This document shows, piece after piece, positions 9,906 to 16,815 of a DNA stretch of 64,000 bases (position 1 is its first letter; the number at the start of each line of letters is the position of its first letter). The stretch is taken from contig OZ246419.1 in assembly GCA_965231135.1 (NCBI GenBank), positions 184,754 to 248,753 of the forward strand, in the 5' to 3' direction. The notes under the pieces were generated by a model. That model was not told the DNA's origin. It searched no databases and was given only the letters and a program-made list of their open reading frames with translations. A program made the translations under genes and the position numbers. Source of the DNA: an uncultured Gammaproteobacteria bacterium. Its GTDB lineage: Bacteria > Patescibacteriota > Microgenomatia > UBA8517.

Positions 9906-10135
9906 GTAGAGAACATCATACTTCGCACCCAGTTGGTTTATCATTAGATCTTGATCAGTATTATGCAAGGAATCTTAAGTTTTTAGAGGGAGGATTTAAT
10001 CCATATCCGAAATTAACACCGGACGAATCAAAAGAATATTTATTGCTCGGTATAAATATATGCAGTGCAATAGATTTTGATGAAAACTCTGTAAACAGAA
10101 TGAGAGAACTTGAGATTAAGCTGATTGGTAAATAA
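9902..10135 (+). CDS. hypothetical small protein, translationally coupled to dnaK by an ATGA overlap
   Basis: 77-aa ORF with no recognisable motif. Confidence 0.3.
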   Translation: MSREHHTSHPVGLSLDLDQYYARNLKFLEGGFNPYPKLTPDESKEYLLLGINICSAIDFDENSVNRMRELEIKLIGK

Positions 10136-10714
10136 TTATTTAAACTTCAGAGTAGAAAGGATTTGGATGTCAAGAGGATTTGTGGAATCATAAGTGATTC
10201 CGTAGACTTTGTTTTTATTTTCAATAACTGCAGTGTCTAATTTATTTTGGATTCCATCAAATTTATAAGCTTGCCCAAAAATACTTCCAATTCCTGGATT
10301 ACCGTCGAAATTTAGATTTGGATAAATTATCATTAAATATTTTTGTGGATAAGTTGCATCTATATTTGCTTTTTCATAAGCTATTTGCCAATCTGTTGTA
10401 GTGCTAAAAGTTGTTGGGTATACAGAAACTTCACTAACACTACATGAAGCGTCGCCTACAAAACAGAGAGCAAAACCATCATGATCCTCGCCATCTTGGA
10501 CATGTTTTTCGATTCTATCTGCAGGATAATAAATTGAAAAATCATCTGCATCGTATTTTGCCCAACCTTTTGGCGGATTTGAGGAGTTGATCTCAATTTT
10601 AGTGTAATTTATTTGAAGAGTTGGTTTTTTGTAATTTATATATGGAAGAGTTAGAACACTAATTATCAATGTAATTAGAATTGAAATAAATGTGGCAGTT
10701 TTTAAATTCATCAA
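10136..10714 (-). CDS. hypothetical secreted or membrane-anchored protein
   Basis: Has an N-terminal signal anchor (LKTATFISILITLIISVLTL). No recognisable domain. Confidence 0.4.
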   Translation of the reverse strand: MMNLKTATFISILITLIISVLTLPYINYKKPTLQINYTKIEINSSNPPKGWAKYDADDFSIYYPADRIEKHVQDGEDHDGFALCFVGDASCSVSEVSVYPTTFSTTTDWQIAYEKANIDATYPQKYLMIIYPNLNFDGNPGIGSIFGQAYKFDGIQNKLDTAVIENKNKVYGITYDSTNPLDIQILSTLKFK

Positions 10715-10748
10715 TTTTATTATTGCAGAAAAAGAATAGTTTGTGTAG

Positions 10749-10780
10749 TATAATTAGCACTGGGAATATATGGCTGCTAA
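10749..10780 (+). promoter_or_regulatory. a -10 element (TATAAT) plus CIRCE-like operator no. 3 (TTAGCACTG-N9-GGCTGCTAA) that overlaps the dnaJ start codon
   Basis: The left half-site matches the CIRCE consensus at 8 of 9 positions. The element spans the dnaJ ATG at 10770. Confidence 0.5.
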
Positions 10781-11624
10781 TTATTACGATACACTTGGGG
10801 TATCAAAATCTGCAACAGCAGAAGAAATAAAAAAGGCTTACCGTAAGCTTGCTTTGGAGTGGCATCCTGACCGTCATCCGAATGACAAAGAAGCTGCAGA
10901 GAAAAAATTTAAAGAAATAAATGAAGCTTATCAAGTGTTGAGTAATCCACAAAAGAAACAAATGTTTGATGCTGGAGCTGACCCAAATGCACGAGGAGGA
11001 GGCAATCCTTTTGCAGGGGGAAATCCTTTTGGGGGAAACGGAAGCTATAGTTATACATATAGTACCGCTGACGGGCAAAACCCTTTTGGAGATTTTGGAG
11101 ATCCTTTTGATATATTTTCTCAATTTTTTGGAGGGGGAAATCCGTTTGGAGGAAGACAAGCTGCAAAACCTCGCTATTCATTAACAATTGATTTTATGGA
11201 AGCAATGAAGGGAGTTTCTAGAAATGTAGAGATTGATGGAAAGAAGAGAACAATTAAAATCCCTGCTGGAGTTAATAATGGGAATACAATTGATTTTCGC
11301 GACTTTAGAGTCACAGTGAATGTTAAACCACATGAAATGTTTGAACGAGATGGTGATGATATTTTGGTGAATGTAAAAATTCCTTTTTCGATGGCCATCT
11401 TAGGCGGAGAAATAAAAGTGCCAACAATTGAAAAGGAAATAAAAATAAAGATAAGAAATGGAACACAAGCTGGTACCATGATGAGACTGCATGGAGAAGG
11501 AGCTCCGAGAATTAGCGGACGAGGGCGAGGAGATGAATATATAAAAATAAATATTGAAACTCCATCGCGTTTAACAAGGGAACAGAAACAAATTGTGGAA
11601 GAGATGAAAAGAGAAGGTTTATGA
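10770..11624 (+). CDS. dnaJ: class-B J-domain co-chaperone (DnaJ/CbpA-like, no zinc finger)
   Basis: Has a J domain with the HPD motif, then a Gly/Phe-rich region, then a C-terminal substrate-binding domain. It has no cysteines at all, so the CxxCxGxG zinc finger is absent. Confidence 0.8.
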   Translation: MAANYYDTLGVSKSATAEEIKKAYRKLALEWHPDRHPNDKEAAEKKFKEINEAYQVLSNPQKKQMFDAGADPNARGGGNPFAGGNPFGGNGSYSYTYSTADGQNPFGDFGDPFDIFSQFFGGGNPFGGRQAAKPRYSLTIDFMEAMKGVSRNVEIDGKKRTIKIPAGVNNGNTIDFRDFRVTVNVKPHEMFERDGDDILVNVKIPFSMAILGGEIKVPTIEKEIKIKIRNGTQAGTMMRLHGEGAPRISGRGRGDEYIKINIETPSRLTREQKQIVEEMKREGL

Positions 11625-11629
11625 GTAAA

Positions 11630-12649
11630 TTAAGGATGAATGCCTGGATAAAGAGCATACTTTCGTTTCACTTTTTCCCACATTCGTTGTAAATCCAGAT
11701 CTTTGTATTCAGTAGTTCTTTTTTCATCTTTTTCGTATGGTCTTTGAATGTTGTAAAGTTTTGGTGTTGGAAGATTATCGTTTTGTTTACTCAGATAATC
11801 ATGAAGTCGCTTTATTGTTGTTTGGAATCCGTAATCAACAGAACACCAGCTTCCCGTCATTGCAACTCCTGAGTCAAACATCCATCCACCTGAAGGATTT
11901 TTGACTTCTGGAATTCCATAATAAGAGATAATATTGCCATATTCTGTAAGTGATTTAAGATTCTCGTTATCTCTTATCGGGCTTGCTATAACTACTCCTT
12001 CAATTATTTTTTTAGGATCCAACTCCTTTTTTAAAAGTTCACTGTTAACTTGACCCATAGCTCCTTTTAGTTTGGTTCCACTTAATATGAAATCGTCTGG
12101 TATGAGAACCTTTGAATGGTCTGGATCTATTGCACAGCGCCTAGCTATTGCTGAAGTGTCTGTTTCTAATTTAATCCTTCCTCTTATTTCAGGGAATTGT
12201 TCTGTTTGTGAATCTATCTCTTCTAGAATTCTAAGTGTTATGTATTGCGGGCTTCTGTCTTGATAGGGATATAAGTAGACTGTTTTTCCTTGTTGTGCGG
12301 TTTCAATAATGTGTCGTGCTAGTCCATATGATGCTTCTTGGAGTTCGTGTTCGCCAAGAAATACTAAGTTTTCTCCGAACGATGTTGCGAGTTGGAGAGT
12401 TTCCTGCGAATTTTTGTTACTATTTTTTTGTGAAATTGTTTTGACCTCATTTATATAATTGGAAATTTGATTAATTCCTTCTGCTTCAGTTATTTTATTT
12501 TCATACCCTCGATTGAATGGAACACCTTCTGGAATTGATGTGATCATATTGGTTCGAGGAACGGGATGGTCGAGGACTTGTTTTAATTTTGGGCCCTCTT
12601 TAAAGTATATAAAACTCTGTTCACGGTTATTGATTTCTGTTTCTGACAC
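11630..12649 (-). CDS. hypothetical protein with a PRTase-like PRPP-binding motif
   Basis: VLIPDDFILSGTKL fits the phosphoribosyltransferase motif, but the protein is not an obvious purine or pyrimidine salvage enzyme. Confidence 0.35.
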   Translation of the reverse strand: MSETEINNREQSFIYFKEGPKLKQVLDHPVPRTNMITSIPEGVPFNRGYENKITEAEGINQISNYINEVKTISQKNSNKNSQETLQLATSFGENLVFLGEHELQEASYGLARHIIETAQQGKTVYLYPYQDRSPQYITLRILEEIDSQTEQFPEIRGRIKLETDTSAIARRCAIDPDHSKVLIPDDFILSGTKLKGAMGQVNSELLKKELDPKKIIEGVVIASPIRDNENLKSLTEYGNIISYYGIPEVKNPSGGWMFDSGVAMTGSWCSVDYGFQTTIKRLHDYLSKQNDNLPTPKLYNIQRPYEKDEKRTTEYKDLDLQRMWEKVKRKYALYPGIHP

Positions 12650-12677
12650 AATTAATTATAAAACAAAAAACATTTGT

Positions 12678-12706
12678 TTGACTTCAAAAAGTAATAAGCG
12701 TAAACT
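12678..12706 (+). promoter_or_regulatory. sigma70-like promoter TTGACT-17-TAAACT upstream of nusA
   Basis: Good -35 and -10 hexamers with 17-nt spacing. No other plus-strand gene lies upstream. Confidence 0.45.
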
Positions 12707-12717
12707 ACTTTTAGTTA

Positions 12718-12741
12718 GGTGGGAAAGTTCCCGCCTTTTTT
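12718..12741 (+). terminator. intrinsic-terminator-like hairpin plus U6 in the nusA leader (candidate attenuator)
   Basis: GGUGGGA-AAGU-UCCCGCC forms a 7-bp stem with a 4-nt loop, followed by UUUUUU. It ends 12 nt before the nusA ATG. Confidence 0.5.
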
Positions 12742-12752
12742 ATTAACACATT

Positions 12753-13841
12753 ATGCCAGCACAAACAGCTAGAACAGAATTTGCACAAGCACTTAAAGCA
12801 GTTGCTACCCAAACAGGGCTTGATGCAGATGTAATTATTGAACAAGTAAAGCAAGCAATAATTGCTGCATATAAGCGAGATGCAAGAGAAGAAGGAATTG
12901 ATACAGAAATTAAAAATTATGATGTCGAGATTCATCCAGTAAGCGGTGAAATGAGAATTTTTGCATCAGATGTCGAAACTGGAGAAAACAAAGAAGACGT
13001 AACTCCTCCTGGATTTGGACGTATTGCTGCACAAACTGCAAAACAAGTAATTCATCAGAAACTTCGAGAAGCAGAACACGGAGCAGTTATTGCACAATTT
13101 GAAGGGAAAGTGGGAACTTTGGTTTCAGGAATGGTTCTTCGCTTTGATGGCGGAGATGTGCGAGTTGAAATTGGGAAAGCTGAAGGAATAATGCCTTATG
13201 ACAAAAGGATTCCAAACGAAAGATTAAATCTTAACCAAAGATTAACTTTTTTATTTGAAGAAGTAAAAGAAACTCCACGAGGACAAGAAATAATATTATC
13301 GCGCAATTCTGAAGAGTTTGTAAAGAAATTATTTGAACGAGAAGTTCCTGAAATCTCCTCAGGCAATGTACAGATAAAAGCAATTTCAAGAGAAGCTGGA
13401 ATTCGTACTAAAATCGCCGTTTATTCAAATCAAAGCGGCGTTGATCCAGTTGGAAGCTGTGTTGGGCAAAAAGGAGTGCGTGTACAGGCTGTTACAAATG
13501 AACTTGGAGGAGAGCGAATTGATATTATAGCTTGGACTGATGAAGAAAAAGATTTTGTAAAAGCATCACTTTCTCCAGTTGAAGTAATTTCAATTAAACT
13601 TGAGAAGAAAGAGAAAAAAGCTACTGTTGAAGTAGCTGCCGATGCACTTTCAATTGCAATTGGAGCAAACGGGCAAAATGTACGCCTTGCATCGAAGTTA
13701 ACTGGATACGAGATAGACATAAAAGCTGACGAAACGAAGAAAGCTGAAGAGGTACATGAAGAGCTAAAAGAAGAAAAACCAAAAGAAAGCGATGAGAAAA
13801 AAGAAGAGTTTTTAGCAAAAGAAGAAACTCAAGAGAAATGA
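12753..13841 (+). CDS. nusA: transcription termination/antitermination factor NusA
   Basis: N-terminal domain, S1 domain and two KH domains (VGSCVGQKGVRVQAVTNELGGERIDII). Confidence 0.9.
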   Translation: MPAQTARTEFAQALKAVATQTGLDADVIIEQVKQAIIAAYKRDAREEGIDTEIKNYDVEIHPVSGEMRIFASDVETGENKEDVTPPGFGRIAAQTAKQVIHQKLREAEHGAVIAQFEGKVGTLVSGMVLRFDGGDVRVEIGKAEGIMPYDKRIPNERLNLNQRLTFLFEEVKETPRGQEIILSRNSEEFVKKLFEREVPEISSGNVQIKAISREAGIRTKIAVYSNQSGVDPVGSCVGQKGVRVQAVTNELGGERIDIIAWTDEEKDFVKASLSPVEVISIKLEKKEKKATVEVAADALSIAIGANGQNVRLASKLTGYEIDIKADETKKAEEVHEELKEEKPKESDEKKEEFLAKEETQEK

Positions 13842-13853
13842 TAGGCGCAATTT

Positions 13854-15227
13854 ATGAATACAAGAGTTCCCATTGTAACTGTAGTCGGCCATGTCGATCA
13901 TGGAAAAACTTCACTGCTTGATGCAATACGCAAAACATCTGTAACAAAAAGGGAAGCTGGAGGAATTACACAATCAATTGGAGCAAGCGTAGCTACAACT
14001 TCGAACGATTCAAAAATAACTTTTATTGATACTCCAGGGCATGCACTTTTTGCAAACATGAGATCGCGGGGAGTAAATATGGCAGATATTGCGATTTTGG
14101 TTGTTGCAGCGGATGACGGAGCGCAACCGCAAACTAAAGAAGCAATAAAGCTTTTACAAGAATCACAAACACCATTTGTGGTTGCTGTAACAAAAATCGA
14201 TTTACCAACAGCTAATATTGAAATAGCATTGCAATCGCTTGAAAAAGAAGGAGTCTATTTTGAAAAACGCGGAGGAGATGTGAGTTATATTGGCGTTTCT
14301 TCGAAGACTGGAGAAGGAATAAATGAACTTTTGGATTTAATCAGTTTAGTAAGTGAAGTAAATGAAATAAAAGGGAACGAAAATGACCCACTTAATGGAT
14401 ATGTAATTGAAACTGCAAAAGATAAAAGAGGACAGCTTGTATCAATTGTTTTAAAGAGCGGAAAAATTAAAATAGGGGATGAAATTTTTGCAAATACTTT
14501 AAAAGCAAAAGTAAAAGGTTTATTTGATGACAATCAAAAACCGACTAAAGAAGTGATTGCTGGGTATCCAGCGCAGGTGCTTGGATTTGATGAACTTCCA
14601 AAAGTAGGTAGTATTATTTCTTCTGAAGTACATGAAGAAAAGAAAGTTGAAAATAAGATTTCTAATAACACAGAAGCTAAATTAAAAATATTTGTGAAGG
14701 CAAAAACGGCAGGAAGCCTTGAGGCACTTCTTGCTAATGTTCCAGCAGGGGTTCAAGTTGTTGCGTCAGGGGTGGGCGATGTTATTGAATCAGATATTTT
14801 TATTGCAAAAGCAGGAAACGCTGATATTTATTTGTTTGAATCAAAATTTTCAAATCAAATAAAGAAACTTGCTGAAACAGAAAGCGTTAAATTAGAAAGA
14901 TATGATGTAATTTACGATTTGCTTGATAAACTTTCTGAAATTTTAGAAAAGGGAAAGGAAGAAATTTTAGGGAAGGCTGAAATAATTGCAAGTTTTCCGT
15001 TTAATGATAAAAGAGTTGCCGGATGCAAAATTATAAGCGGGAAAATTACTAAAGGAACAAGCGTGAAACTAATGAGAGGAGAAAAAGAATTAGGGAGAGT
15101 CAAGATCACTTCGATAAGAAAACAAAAAGTAGAAGCGCTTGAAGTAAAGCAGGGAGAAGAATGTGGAATCTTAATGCTGCCGCAACTTGATTTTGAGGCT
15201 CATGATATGTTACTATCGGTCGCGTAA
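13854..15227 (+). CDS. infB: translation initiation factor IF-2, minimal form that starts at the G domain
   Basis: [24 protein letters not shown] and the C-terminal beta-barrels. It is only 457 aa. Confidence 0.9.
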   Translation: MNTRVPIVTVVGHVDHGKTSLLDAIRKTSVTKREAGGITQSIGASVATTSNDSKITFIDTPGHALFANMRSRGVNMADIAILVVAADDGAQPQTKEAIKLLQESQTPFVVAVTKIDLPTANIEIALQSLEKEGVYFEKRGGDVSYIGVSSKTGEGINELLDLISLVSEVNEIKGNENDPLNGYVIETAKDKRGQLVSIVLKSGKIKIGDEIFANTLKAKVKGLFDDNQKPTKEVIAGYPAQVLGFDELPKVGSIISSEVHEEKKVENKISNNTEAKLKIFVKAKTAGSLEALLANVPAGVQVVASGVGDVIESDIFIAKAGNADIYLFESKFSNQIKKLAETESVKLERYDVIYDLLDKLSEILEKGKEEILGKAEIIASFPFNDKRVAGCKIISGKITKGTSVKLMRGEKELGRVKITSIRKQKVEALEVKQGEECGILMLPQLDFEAHDMLLSVA

Positions 15228-15235
15228 GTTGAAAT

Positions 15236-16063
15236 ATGCAAAATTCACTTAAATCAGTTATAAGTACAGCAAAATCTATTTTGATTTTATTACCGGAGAA
15301 TCCATCTTTTGATGAGGTGGCTTCAGCTACGGCTCTTTATCAAGCTATGACAACTGATAAAGATAAAGAGGTAAACGAATATTGCCCAAGCCCAATGATT
15401 GTTGAATATAACCGATTAATTGGCGTAAATAAGATAAAAAGCGAACTTGGAAATAAAAATCTTACTTTAAGTTTTTCAGGATATAATCCTCAAGGAATTG
15501 AGAAAGTTTCCTGGGATATTGACGATGGACAATTTAAATTGACAATAGTTCCAAAAGTGAATGTTGCTCCGCCAAATCAGGATCAAGTAATTGTGGGCTA
15601 CGAAGGAATTGCAGCTGATTATGTCATTTTAATTGGAGGAAAAGGAGATGAAAGTTTCCCAGTTTTGAAAAAAGAAGAGCTTGCAAGTGTAGCACTTGCT
15701 CATGTGGGAATTAACCCATTAACATTGACCGGAAAAACAATTGCATCTTTGGCATCACAAGCTTCAAGTATTTCAGAATTAACAGCAAATTTAATTAAAG
15801 CAAGCGGATACGAAATTACAAACGATATTGCAACAAACTTGCTTATGGGAATTGAAGAAACAACAAACCATTTTGCAAATTCTGGTGTAACTGCTGATAC
15901 ATTTGCACTTATTTCAGAATTAATGCGCGACGGAGGGAAGAGATTGAATCAAGGACAAGTGCAAGCTGAAGATTTTCCAACTGGAGCCATCCCAACTATG
16001 CCAAGCGATGTTCCAACTTCATGGACAGAACCAAAGATTTTTAAAGGGACTTCAGTAAGTTAA
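15236..16063 (+). CDS. NrnA-like DHH/DHHA1 family protein, apparently catalytically degenerate
   Basis: The spacing pattern matches NrnA, but DHH and the Asp ligands are replaced (ILILLPENPSFDEVAS). Confidence 0.35.
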   Translation: MQNSLKSVISTAKSILILLPENPSFDEVASATALYQAMTTDKDKEVNEYCPSPMIVEYNRLIGVNKIKSELGNKNLTLSFSGYNPQGIEKVSWDIDDGQFKLTIVPKVNVAPPNQDQVIVGYEGIAADYVILIGGKGDESFPVLKKEELASVALAHVGINPLTLTGKTIASLASQASSISELTANLIKASGYEITNDIATNLLMGIEETTNHFANSGVTADTFALISELMRDGGKRLNQGQVQAEDFPTGAIPTMPSDVPTSWTEPKIFKGTSVS

Positions 16064-16064
16064 A

Positions 16065-16427
16065 ATGTCAAAAGCGGATAACGAACAAAATTTAGGAGCT
16101 GCAGAATTAAATTCGAGATTAACCAATCCAGAGTTTTTGATTGAAGCTGGTGCGAAGTTTATTGCAGATAATGATGAAGAATTTTTCGCTATTGCTGAAT
16201 ATTATCGTGATTTTGGAAATGTACTGCCTATGAATATTGAAAGGATGGGTGAATTATTAGATGGCTTGGACTTTTTGGTTGGAAGACTTTCTATACTTTT
16301 TCCTGAATACAAACAAAGACTTGGTGACTTAAACAGTTTTGGTCAAAGCCATACAGTACTACACAAAAAAGTAGAGACAGAGTTGTTTTTGAAGAGAGCA
16401 AAGGCTTTTGCAGATTTAACAAAGTAG
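16065..16427 (+). CDS. hypothetical protein
   Basis: 120-aa acidic ORF in the nusA-infB-rpsO operon. It is not RbfA-like. Confidence 0.35.
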   Translation: MSKADNEQNLGAAELNSRLTNPEFLIEAGAKFIADNDEEFFAIAEYYRDFGNVLPMNIERMGELLDGLDFLVGRLSILFPEYKQRLGDLNSFGQSHTVLHKKVETELFLKRAKAFADLTK

Positions 16428-16496
16428 TGATATACTACTTAAGATCGTAAACACAGTTTTGATTGAAATATCATTACTTTGTTACTGATGACATGT

Positions 16497-16787
16497 ATGG
16501 CATTACAAATAGACGAGAAACAATCTATAATTAAAAAGTACGCTCGAGAAAAAGGCGATACTGGAAGCCCTGAAGTACAAATTGCGTTACTTACTTCTCA
16601 GATTGAGAAATTAGTAAAACATTTAGGTGAACATGGAAAAGATGTAAACTCAAGACGCGGCCTTTTATCAATGGTTGCAAAGCGACGCAGACTTTTAAGC
16701 TATCTCCAAAAAAGAGATAAAGAGAGATTTGATAAACTCTCACAAGGATTAGGATTAAAGAAATCAAATAAAAATGAAGAAAAATAA
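16497..16787 (+). CDS. rpsO: 30S ribosomal protein S15
   Basis: GDTGSPEVQIALLTSQI...HSRRGLL matches S15. The start is taken at MALQI (ATG at 16497); the track ORF starts from TTG at 16479. Confidence 0.85.
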   Translation: MALQIDEKQSIIKKYAREKGDTGSPEVQIALLTSQIEKLVKHLGEHGKDVNSRRGLLSMVAKRRRLLSYLQKRDKERFDKLSQGLGLKKSNKNEEK

Positions 16788-16814
16788 GCAGAGCTTGTCA
16801 GCTAAAGCTGATAA
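16784..16814 (+). repeat. 31-nt compound palindromic element ATAAGCAGAGCTTGTCAGCTAAAGCTGATAA in the rpsO-pnp spacer
   Basis: It contains the rpsO TAA stop. A copy inside rpoB (37616-37646) matches it at 30 of 31 positions, and shorter copies sit at other gene ends. Confidence 0.6.
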
Positions 16815-16815
16815 C

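Noticed and set aside
16774-16815. Track-predicted N-terminal extension of pnp ([14 protein letters not shown]) and over-extended starts of rpsO, rpsG, rplC, rplD, rpsH and rpsD
   Set aside because: Alignment to the conserved family N termini, and Shine-Dalgarno or coupling signals, place the true starts downstream. The pnp extension is the intergenic repeat element read through in frame.
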